This document shows, in pieces, positions 1 to 6,971 of a stretch of 10,375 nt of DNA. A program made the translations under genes and the position numbers. This DNA is from a virus (taxonomy: Duplodnaviria > Heunggongvirae > Uroviricota > Caudoviricetes). Location of the stretch: the IMG/VR virus record IMGVR_UViG_2690316347_000010; one strand, 5' to 3'. Numbering within the stretch: position 1 is the stretch's first letter; each line of letters starts with the position of its first letter. The notes under the pieces were generated by a model that was not told the DNA's origin, did no database searches, and saw only the letters and a list, made by a program, of their open reading frames with translations.

Positions 1-142
1 CACGTTTTAATCCAGGTCGGCCTGTCCTTGTTCCGCTTAATTTATCTTCAAATATTTGTTCATATCCTGCACAAACAAGAGCGTTTCGTTGCAGGTCTGT
101 ATTCTGGTCATTTGTTGATACCCTTACATAGCCAATCAGCAC
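1..142 (-). CDS. pin: Serine DNA invertase (Pin/Gin/Hin/Cin family), N-terminal 47 codons only; partial, runs off the left window edge
   Basis: Reverse complement of 1..142 is identical to 5776..5917 and encodes MLIGYVRVSTNDQNTDLQRNALVCAGYEQIFEDKLSGTRTGRPGL, which matches the N-terminus of e14 Pin and Mu Gin-type invertases as I recall them, including the catalytic-serine region (VRVSTNDQ). GTG start at 140..142 (minus) with a GGGAG Shine-Dalgarno 7 nt upstream. Whether this copy is intact cannot be seen from the window. Confidence 0.65.
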   Translation of the reverse strand, partial: MLIGYVRVSTNDQNTDLQRNALVCAGYEQIFEDKLSGTRTGRPGLKR

Positions 143-196
143 GCTGAATCTCCCGTCCAAAAGCACAAATCATGCCATGCAGGCCAGAAACCGCCA

Positions 197-222
197 TTAT
201 CTAAAACCTCGGTTTACAGGAA
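197..222 (-). other. 26-bp invertase crossover site (gix/pix-like), pixA, inverted orientation
   Basis: Sequence ttatctaaaacctcggtttacaggaa is the exact reverse complement of the site at 5696..5721. It has two imperfect 12-bp half-sites around a central tc/ga dinucleotide and closely matches the Mu gix / e14 pix consensus as I recall it. It lies between the pin 5' end and the start of the fibre cassette, the canonical position. Confidence 0.8.
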
Positions 223-267
223 ACGGTAAACAAGGCTGGTAACGCCGTTCAGCGTTCCGGCGATAAA

Positions 268-1110
268 ATGACCGGAGAACTGAAAATTGGCACGGTGAAT
301 GCGCTGCGAATTTTCAATGATACCTTCGGTCTAATTTTCCGTCGTTCAGAAGATTTTCTTCATTTCATTCCGACGGCTGAAGGACAAGGCGAAAACGGTA
401 ATATCGGCCCATTAAGGCCATTCGCTATAAATCTGAGAACAGGTGCTATATCTGTCAGCCACGGGGCCAAAATTAAAGGAGGTCTAGCTATTGGAGCTAC
501 TGATAACGCACTGGGTGAAAACTCCATTGTTCTGGGAGATAACGACACCGGATTTAGGCAAGATGGAGATGGTATTATTAGCTTCTATTCAAATGGTTCG
601 CGCATCGGACATATTGATGAGTTAGGATTACATCTTTATAAAGATATTGAATCTAATGGCAGCAATTTTAGATTAAAAAGTAATTACCGCCACCACATTA
701 CATTCGCCAACGAAGACGGAAGAATTCGTATGTTTTTGTGGAAAGATAACGGTGGTGATGGTGTTCATATTAATAACGGTTCAGATGGTGGTGGTGATTT
801 CATTTTTAAAACAGATGGGGGATTTGCGCTGGGAAGTGGTGCGCAAGTTGCGTCTAGTGGCGATATTTATGGTTCAGTGTGGGAAAACAACTGGTTAAGC
901 ACATGGCTGCATAATCATGTCGTTCGGGATATTCGTCTTGGCAGCATTGAATATAAAAACGTATGGCGCGACTACGGCTTTGGCGATGCGTCAGGTTATG
1001 TTTTAACAGCCGCAATTAACAGCAATGCGGATGATATTGTCGACACTGTTGCCAGAAGGCCAATTCAGAAATTGATTGGGGGAATATGGTACAACGTGGG
1101 GAGTGTTTAA
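268..1110 (+). CDS. Alternative (silent) tail-fibre C-terminal variable cassette, 280-aa ORF; frame is open from 205, just inside the crossover site
   Basis: Contains the phage tail-fibre repeat [20 protein letters not shown] (compare [20 protein letters not shown] in stf) and a glycine-rich C-terminal domain. No Shine-Dalgarno before ATG 268, and an in-frame TAA at 202..204 sits inside the outer half-site, as expected for a promoterless cassette expressed only after fusion to the stf constant region. Followed immediately by a tfa gene. Confidence 0.8.
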   Translation: MTGELKIGTVNALRIFNDTFGLIFRRSEDFLHFIPTAEGQGENGNIGPLRPFAINLRTGAISVSHGAKIKGGLAIGATDNALGENSIVLGDNDTGFRQDGDGIISFYSNGSRIGHIDELGLHLYKDIESNGSNFRLKSNYRHHITFANEDGRIRMFLWKDNGGDGVHINNGSDGGGDFIFKTDGGFALGSGAQVASSGDIYGSVWENNWLSTWLHNHVVRDIRLGSIEYKNVWRDYGFGDASGYVLTAAINSNADDIVDTVARRPIQKLIGGIWYNVGSV

Positions 1111-1111
1111 G

Positions 1112-1639
1112 ATGATGCACCTGAAAAATATTAAGGCCGGGAATCCGAAAACACCGGAACAATACCAGCTAACTAAAAAAGCGGGCGTGGTATGGCTCTT
1201 TTGCGAAGATGGCAAAAACTGGTATGAGGAACAAAAGAATTTTCAGCCAGACACCATAAAAATTGCTTACGATGAGAACAACATCATCGTTGCTGTCAGT
1301 AAAGACGTTTCAACTATTAATCCTGAAGGGCTAAGCATAGTTGAAGTTCCTGATATTACGGCAAATCGTCACGCAGACAATAACGGAAAATGGATGTTTC
1401 TGGATGGTAAAGTAGTAAAGAGGGAATATACAGAACAGGAACTGCAACAACAGGCCGAATCACAAAAGGCCGCATTGCTTTCCGAAGCTGAATCAGTCAT
1501 CCAGCCGCTGGAACGCGCTGTCAGGCTGAATATGGCGACGGACGAGGAACGCACACGACTGGAAGCATGGGAACGCTACAGTGTTCTGGTCAGCCGTGTG
1601 GATACGGCAAATCCTGAATGGCCACAAAAGCCTGAATAA
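1112..1639 (+). CDS. tfa: Tail fibre assembly chaperone Tfa (ORF track starts at 1076; the start is more likely ATG 1112 or 1115, giving MMHLKNI/MHLKNI)
   Basis: N-terminus [23 protein letters not shown] and overall sequence resemble lambda Tfa / Mu U family chaperones. GGGAG Shine-Dalgarno at 1098..1102. Start lies 1 nt after the cassette stop (TAA 1108..1110). Paralogous (about half identical by eye) to the convergent 177-aa ORF. Confidence 0.88.
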   Translation: MMHLKNIKAGNPKTPEQYQLTKKAGVVWLFCEDGKNWYEEQKNFQPDTIKIAYDENNIIVAVSKDVSTINPEGLSIVEVPDITANRHADNNGKWMFLDGKVVKREYTEQELQQQAESQKAALLSEAESVIQPLERAVRLNMATDEERTRLEAWERYSVLVSRVDTANPEWPQKPE

Positions 1640-1672
1640 AAATTAAGGCCCGATAGCGGGCCTTCTCTCATT
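1631..1672. terminator. Bidirectional intrinsic terminator between the convergent tfa genes
   Basis: Perfect 8-bp stem aaggcccg (1645..1652), loop atag, cgggcctt (1657..1664). On the minus strand the stem is followed by ttaatttttatt; on the plus strand by a weaker ctctcattct run. It sits exactly between the stop codons of the two tfa genes (1637..1639 and 1668..1670). Confidence 0.6.
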
Positions 1673-2201
1673 CTGGTTGTTCGGGAAACGTTACTGGCAG
1701 GCTGGAGGTGTCTGTGGATTCAACCTTCTGCGCATAGAGCATCCACTCGGTTAATTTTTGTTTATTCTCATCGGAAATGATGCCCAGCTGTAGCTGAGAG
1801 TCCCACAGCTGGGTTTTATCCCTGACGAGCTGCAGCAGGCTCTGCTTTTCATTTTCCGCTTGTTGCCTTTGCTCTTCCTCGGTATAAGTTCGCTTTATCA
1901 CCGCACCATCTTTGAACATCCAGTTGCCCGAAATATCAGCCCGGCGATTTGCTGTAATATCAGGCAACTCAACGACACTTAAACCTTCTGGATTAATTGC
2001 TGATACATCCTTGTCTATAGCAATAATTATTCCCTCAACTGTGTAAGCCAGTTTTATTGTATCCTCCTGAAAGTTTTTTAATTCCTCATGCCAATTTTTT
2101 CCATCTTCGGACCATAACCAGATAACATCAAAATTCTTTGTTAGCTGGTATTGTTCAACGGTTTTTGGATTACCTGCGACAATGTTTTTTAAATGCTGCA
2201 T
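1668..2201 (-). CDS. tfa: Tail fibre assembly chaperone Tfa, second allele (177 aa), presumed partner of the stf-resident C-terminal domain
   Basis: [23 protein letters not shown]...; Tfa/Mu U-like, convergent with the 187-aa tfa. ATG at 2199..2201 lies 2 nt after the stop of the 48-aa ORF (translational coupling). Confidence 0.88.
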   Translation of the reverse strand: MQHLKNIVAGNPKTVEQYQLTKNFDVIWLWSEDGKNWHEELKNFQEDTIKLAYTVEGIIIAIDKDVSAINPEGLSVVELPDITANRRADISGNWMFKDGAVIKRTYTEEEQRQQAENEKQSLLQLVRDKTQLWDSQLQLGIISDENKQKLTEWMLYAQKVESTDTSSLPVTFPEQPE

Positions 2202-2203
2202 GA

Positions 2204-2350
2204 TTATACCTGCGATACGTTATACCATGTTCCGTTAATTAACTTTTGTATTGGTCTGAATACTGCCGGATCATCACCATCGACTTCACCGATAATACCA
2301 AGCCCCGTGATTACATGGCCTGATTTTTCATACATCACGCCTTTCTTCAT
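2204..2350 (-). CDS. 48-aa ORF in frame with stf, separated from it only by TAG + ACC; likely the detached ancestral C-terminal tail of the fibre
   Basis: [48 protein letters not shown]. Its C-terminus ([17 protein letters not shown]) parallels the C-terminus of the 280-aa cassette ([18 protein letters not shown]). Below the ORF-track size cutoff; found by manual translation. Confidence 0.45.
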   Translation of the reverse strand: MKKGVMYEKSGHVITGLGIIGEVDGDDPAVFRPIQKLINGTWYNVSQV

Positions 2351-2353
2351 GGT

Positions 2354-4282
2354 CTAAACAACTCGTGTGCCAAGTCTGACATCTCTCACATAGCGGGAAT
2401 CAAAGTTACCGTAATCCGAGGGATTAACACGTCCCGTAATATTTATGGTTTTATTACTTTGAATGCTTCCGGAGACAAAGCGCATAACATGGACGTTATT
2501 AGCATAAACATCCAGATTACCATCGCCTTTTTGTTTAAAGCCCGTGTCATTATCACCCAATACAATCGAATTACCGCCAAGAGCACTGGATGTTCCGATA
2601 CCCAGTGCACCATTCAGTTGACCACCAGATAACGGCAGTGCACCAACATCTCCTGCTGAAGGTTTTCTGGTGGTGTAAAATTCGGACCAGTCGGCTTCAA
2701 AACCATAACCATCACGGGCTGAACGATAAAAAATACCGCCATTTTTATAATTAATCCGAAACTGAGCTGCAGGACAACTTCCTTCTCCCATATAAAAATG
2801 AATAATTAACGTTGATGCACCACTAATAGTTGCGTTATAGGCTCCGCTACTCCAGTTCCATCCAACTGCTTTATCATTCGCAACGGTGCTTCCTGTTTTC
2901 CCTAAGGCAAACGCACCAACATGACTTGCTTTTAATGTGATATCGGAGGAACCATCAAAAGCCACATTGCTTATTTTCCTGGCAGTTTTTAATTTTGCAG
3001 CTGTAGAAGCATTGCCGGATAGTTCACCAGAAAGGCCACCGCTGAATGTTTGTCGATTAGTCCAGGTATTCGCTGTACTGAGTAACGGTATTTTCTCCCC
3101 GCTTGTGCCGAGTTCTCGTAAACCGAGGTATTCGATAACGGCAGCAACGGTCGATTTCGCAAGAATATCCCGCCCGACTTTTGTCAGGGTTGCCAGGCTG
3201 GCGACATCATTCCCCGTAAAATACGGAAACTTGCCTGCCGCAGTAGTAAGTCCGGCCAGCGCCGTCAGGGTGGCATCTTTCGGTTGCTTACCCGCAAGCG
3301 CGTTAGTCATGGTGGTCGCAAAATTCGGGTCGTTGCCCAGCGCCGCAGCCAGCTCGTTCAGCGTGTTCAGTGCATCAGGTGACGAATCTACAAGGGCGGC
3401 AATCGCAGCCATAACGAAAGCCGTGCTTGCGATTTGGGTATTATTCGTTCCCTGTCGCGCAGTTGGTGTTGTTGGCGTTCCGGTCAGTGCAGGACTATTT
3501 AAGGGCGCTTTCTTGTTCGTTTCACCCATTACCGCCTTAACCGCTTTTGGCGTTGCCGCCAGTGACTCGGAAGTGCTGTTGGTCGCACTGCTGAGCTGTA
3601 CTATCCCCTTTTTCGTCGTGCTCGCATCCTCCAGCGCCACGGCGGATGCAATATCCTCTGCCCGTTTTGCTGCTGTCTCGGCGCGCGTTGCCGCGGATTC
3701 AGCAGCAACTTTGCTCTGAGATGCAGCCGTCGCACTGCCTGCCGCCTCTGATGCTTTCGTTGTTGCTGTCGTGGCACTACCTTTCGCTGCTGACGCTTGT
3801 CTGGTCGCCTCATCTTTTGAAGCAGACGCAGATGATGCCGATGACGCCGCTGAACTGGCTGACGATGCGGCTGCTGCCTTAGAGGAAGCAGCATTGTCTG
3901 CTGAAGTCTTTGCATTTGTTTCAGAGGTTTTTGCTGCAGAAGCAGACCTCGCTGCTGCAGTGGCTTGCTCAGTGGCTTTGCCAGCCTTCGTTGTGGCTGT
4001 TGAAGCGGATGATGCGGCGCTTTCTGCCGATTTTCCGGCGGCGGTGGCACTGGCTGAGGCCTGCCCGGCACTTGTTGACGCGGCACTGGCAGATAATGCA
4101 GCCGCTGTTTTTGAACCTGCCGCAGCTGAGGCGCTCTGTCCCGCTGCTGTTTCAGAAGACTTAGCGTTCGTCTCGGACGTTTTTGCCGCCTTCGCGGAAT
4201 TTCCTGCCGCCGTTGCCGAGGAAGCTGCACTACTGGCACTTGATGATGCATTCGTTTCTGAATATCGGGCCTTAATTTTTAT
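2354..4282 (-). pseudogene. stf: 5'-truncated duplicate of stf (about residues 241–875); no start codon or N-terminal domain
   Basis: 2183..4262 matches 6801..8880 (offset 4618). The open frame runs upstream to an in-frame TGA at 4283..4285, with no ATG/GTG/TTG until GTG 3640, which is why the ORF track reports only 428 aa. The 5' junction lies 17 nt after the stop of the right-hand tfa copy. Confidence 0.65.
3113..3138 (+). other. gix/pix-like crossover site inside the truncated stf copy (pixB), at the constant/variable junction
   Basis: ttctcgtaaaccgaggtattcgataa matches pixC at 22 of 26 positions with the same central GA dinucleotide. Encodes ...VIEYLGLRE... in stf. Inverted relative to pixA. 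Confidence 0.7.
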
Positions 4283-4806
4283 TCAGGCTTTTGTGGCCAT
4301 TCAGGATTTGCCGTATCCACACGGCTGACCAGAACACTGTAGCGTTCCCATGCTTCCAGTCGTGTGCGTTCCTCGTCTGTTGCCATATTCAGCCTGACAG
4401 CGCGTTCCAGCGGCTGGATGACTGATTCAGCTTCGGAAAGCAATGCGGCCTTTTGTGATTCGGCCTGTTGTTGCAGTTCCTGTTCTGTATATTCCCTCTT
4501 TACTACTTTACCATCCAGAAACATCCATTTTCCGTTATTGTCTGCGTGACGATTTGCCGTAATATCAGGAACTTCAACTATGCTTAGCCCTTCAGGATTA
4601 ATAGTTGAAACGTCTTTACTGACAGCAACGATGATGTTGTTCTCATCGTAAGCAATTTTTATGGTGTCTGGCTGAAAATTCTTTTGTTCCTCATACCAGT
4701 TTTTGCCATCTTCGCAAAAGAGCCATACCACGCCCGCTTTTTTAGTTAGCTGGTATTGTTCCGGTGTTTTCGGATTCCCGGCCTTAATATTTTTCAGGTG
4801 CATCAT
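4279..4806 (-). CDS. tfa: Tail fibre assembly chaperone Tfa (identical copy of 1112..1639)
   Basis: Protein identical to the left-hand 187-aa ORF; part of the inverted repeat R1'. Confidence 0.85.
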   Translation of the reverse strand: MMHLKNIKAGNPKTPEQYQLTKKAGVVWLFCEDGKNWYEEQKNFQPDTIKIAYDENNIIVAVSKDVSTINPEGLSIVEVPDITANRHADNNGKWMFLDGKVVKREYTEQELQQQAESQKAALLSEAESVIQPLERAVRLNMATDEERTRLEAWERYSVLVSRVDTANPEWPQKPE

Positions 4807-4807
4807 C

Positions 4808-5650
4808 TTAAACACTCCCCACGTTGTACCATATTCCCCCAATCAATTTCTGAATTGGCCTTCTGGCAACAGTGTCGACAATATCATCCGCATTGCTGTT
4901 AATTGCGGCTGTTAAAACATAACCTGACGCATCGCCAAAGCCGTAGTCGCGCCATACGTTTTTATATTCAATGCTGCCAAGACGAATATCCCGAACGACA
5001 TGATTATGCAGCCATGTGCTTAACCAGTTGTTTTCCCACACTGAACCATAAATATCGCCACTAGACGCAACTTGCGCACCACTTCCCAGCGCAAATCCCC
5101 CATCTGTTTTAAAAATGAAATCACCACCACCATCTGAACCGTTATTAATATGAACACCATCACCACCGTTATCTTTCCACAAAAACATACGAATTCTTCC
5201 GTCTTCGTTGGCGAATGTAATGTGGTGGCGGTAATTACTTTTTAATCTAAAATTGCTGCCATTAGATTCAATATCTTTATAAAGATGTAATCCTAACTCA
5301 TCAATATGTCCGATGCGCGAACCATTTGAATAGAAGCTAATAATACCATCTCCATCTTGCCTAAATCCGGTGTCGTTATCTCCCAGAACAATGGAGTTTT
5401 CACCCAGTGCGTTATCAGTAGCTCCAATAGCTAGACCTCCTTTAATTTTGGCCCCGTGGCTGACAGATATAGCACCTGTTCTCAGATTTATAGCGAATGG
5501 CCTTAATGGGCCGATATTACCGTTTTCGCCTTGTCCTTCAGCCGTCGGAATGAAATGAAGAAAATCTTCTGAACGACGGAAAATTAGACCGAAGGTATCA
5601 TTGAAAATTCGCAGCGCATTCACCGTGCCAATTTTCAGTTCTCCGGTCAT
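4808..5650 (-). CDS. Alternative tail-fibre C-terminal variable cassette (identical copy of 268..1110); frame open up to the crossover site
   Basis: Protein identical to the left-hand 280-aa ORF; lies directly downstream (minus strand) of pixC. Confidence 0.8.
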   Translation of the reverse strand: MTGELKIGTVNALRIFNDTFGLIFRRSEDFLHFIPTAEGQGENGNIGPLRPFAINLRTGAISVSHGAKIKGGLAIGATDNALGENSIVLGDNDTGFRQDGDGIISFYSNGSRIGHIDELGLHLYKDIESNGSNFRLKSNYRHHITFANEDGRIRMFLWKDNGGDGVHINNGSDGGGDFIFKTDGGFALGSGAQVASSGDIYGSVWENNWLSTWLHNHVVRDIRLGSIEYKNVWRDYGFGDASGYVLTAAINSNADDIVDTVARRPIQKLIGGIWYNVGSV

Positions 5651-5695
5651 TTTATCGCCGGAACGCTGAACGGCGTTACCAGCCTTGTTTACCGT

Positions 5696-5721
5696 TTCCT
5701 GTAAACCGAGGTTTTAGATAA
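5696..5721 (+). other. 26-bp invertase crossover site (gix/pix-like), pixC
   Basis: ttcctgtaaaccgaggttttagataa; sits between the pin remnant and the fibre cassette. Direct orientation relative to pixB and pixD, inverted relative to pixA. Confidence 0.8.
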
Positions 5722-5775
5722 TGGCGGTTTCTGGCCTGCATGGCATGATTTGTGCTTTTGGACGGGAGATTCAGC

Positions 5776-6102
5776 GTGCTGATTGGCTATGTAAGGGTAT
5801 CAACAAATGACCAGAATACAGACCTGCAACGAAACGCTCTTGTTTGTGCAGGATATGAACAAATATTTGAAGATAAATTAAGCGGAACAAGGACAGGCCG
5901 ACCTGGATTAAAACGTGCTTTAAAGCGCCTTCAAAAAGGTGACGCACTGGTTGTCTGAAAACTGGACTGACTGGGTCACTGTATGCGGCATCTTGTCGTG
6001 CTGGTGGTGGAAGCCTAGAAAAAGTATCGGGTGTTGCTGAACCGTGTTGATACATCAACTGCACCTGATATTGAGTGGCCTACGAACCCTGTCAGGGAGT
6101 AA
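5776..6102 (+). pseudogene. pin: Pin/Gin-family serine invertase, decayed: first 60 codons intact, then in-frame TGA, TGA, TAG and TAA; 3' part divergent and cut short by the methyltransferase gene
   Basis: Translation from GTG 5776 gives MLIGYVRVSTNDQ...LQKGDALVV*KLD*LGHCMRHLVVLVVEA*..., against a remembered Pin sequence ...[29 protein letters not shown].... Stops at 5956..5958, 5968..5970, 6016..6018 and 6100..6102. The ORF track's 5752 start is an upstream in-frame GTG; homology points to 5776. Confidence 0.7.
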
Positions 6103-6156
6103 TCATTGGGATTATGCCGCAGCACGTCTTAAGCAAGAACGTGCTGCGGTTGGATG

Positions 6157-6819
6157 CTATTTTTTCCCTGAAGCGGAAAACATTACTACAGTACCTTGAA
6201 CCTTGGTTTTAACATTCTCGAAATGCTCTGAGAGTATATGTGTTAAGCCTTCTTCGGAATCTTTTGTGTTTGAAAAGATGCCTTTCTGATTGTAAATGCG
6301 CATCAGTTTTTGACCGAAGCTATTGTGCACAACTCCATCGCCAAGAATTGTGGCTCCGTATAGAGTTCCATCGTCAGTTAAGGCCTGCGCCGCATTGCGT
6401 ATTACACAGCTTTTTGTAGATATATTTCCAGGCAGGCAGTGAAGAAGGTAAAACATGGAAATGGAATCAAATTGACCATGTAACGCCGCGGGATAAGGTT
6501 CAAAAACATCATGGCTAATTTTATGTTTAATTTTTGATTCCCCAGCCCTTGTAGATGCCGCGTTCAGGCTAGCTTCGTTCAAATCCATTAAAGATATCAG
6601 ACTACTCTCAGGTACGTGAGTAAGGTAAAACCCAGTTCCAACACCAATATCCAGATGGTTGTTACCTAAATGTTCCAGAAAGTGTGGAAGAAGGTGTTCC
6701 TTTGTAGGACATCCCCATGCAAGCCGATTTGATACTCCCAAAACCCACCAGTCATAAAGCTTTAGGGTAAGTGGTGTGTAAATTTTAGCCCCATCATCTG
6801 TGTTTATTAAATGCTGCAT
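6157..6819 (-). CDS. Putative class I SAM-dependent methyltransferase (220 aa) in the position normally held by tfa
   Basis: Glycine-rich motif-I-like segment LDIGVGTGF. Shares start codon, Shine-Dalgarno context and first codons (MQHL-N) with the 177-aa tfa, then diverges. ATG lies 2 nt after the stop of the 48-aa ORF. May be related to the DLP12 prophage YbcY methyltransferase-like gene that sits among tfa remnants in E. coli K-12; this is from memory and unverified. Confidence 0.6.
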   Translation of the reverse strand: MQHLINTDDGAKIYTPLTLKLYDWWVLGVSNRLAWGCPTKEHLLPHFLEHLGNNHLDIGVGTGFYLTHVPESSLISLMDLNEASLNAASTRAGESKIKHKISHDVFEPYPAALHGQFDSISMFYLLHCLPGNISTKSCVIRNAAQALTDDGTLYGATILGDGVVHNSFGQKLMRIYNQKGIFSNTKDSEEGLTHILSEHFENVKTKVQGTVVMFSASGKK

Positions 6820-6821
6820 GA

Positions 6822-6968
6822 TTATACCTGCGATACGTTATACCATGTTCCGTTAATTAACTTTTGTATTGGTCTGAATACTGCCGGATCATCACCATCG
6901 ACTTCACCGATAATACCAAGCCCCGTGATTACATGGCCTGATTTTTCATACATCACGCCTTTCTTCAT
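6822..6968 (-). CDS. 48-aa ORF (copy of 2204..2350), in frame with stf after a single TAG
   Basis: Identical to the copy at 2204..2350; separated from stf only by TAG (6972..6974) + ACC. Confidence 0.45.
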   Translation of the reverse strand: MKKGVMYEKSGHVITGLGIIGEVDGDDPAVFRPIQKLINGTWYNVSQV

Positions 6969-6971
6969 GGT

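Larger units (their letters stand above)
1..1655. repeat. Inverted repeat R1 (pin 5' end + crossover site + 280-aa cassette + tfa), left copy; partner is 4263..5917
   Basis: Coordinates satisfy left + right = 5918; every stretch I compared, and both encoded proteins, are identical. The inner end falls in the loop of the terminator hairpin (1655). Confidence 0.85.
2183..4262. repeat. Direct repeat R2 (stf 3' two-thirds + 48-aa ORF + shared gene start), copy 1
   Basis: Matches 6801..8880 at a constant offset of 4618; one mismatch seen (2188 vs 6806). Confidence 0.85.
4263..5917. repeat. Inverted repeat R1', right copy
   Basis: Reverse complement of 1..1655; continues rightward into the pin remnant. 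Confidence 0.85.

Noticed and set aside
1076-1111. ORF-track start for tfa187 at 1076 ([12 protein letters not shown]...)
   Set aside because: These codons overlap the 3' end of the cassette in another frame. The paralogue starts MQHLKNI, so ATG 1112/1115 (MMHLKNI) with its Shine-Dalgarno is the likely start.
360-1554. Short minus-strand ORFs inside the cassette and tfa187 (360..548, 1003..1215, 1369..1554) and mirror copies (4364..4549, 4703..4915, 5370..5558)
   Set aside because: Nested antisense ORFs of 61–70 aa within well-supported genes; no independent signals.
5752-5958. ORF-track start for the invertase at 5752 (MLLDGRFS...)
   Set aside because: Homology to Pin/Gin begins at MLIGYVRV, i.e. 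GTG 5776, which also has a GGGAG Shine-Dalgarno 7 nt upstream. 5752 is just an upstream in-frame GTG.
5771-6064. 97-aa minus-strand ORF across the pin remnant
   Set aside because: Antisense to the recognisable invertase homology and has no family resemblance; most likely a chance ORF in a decaying region.
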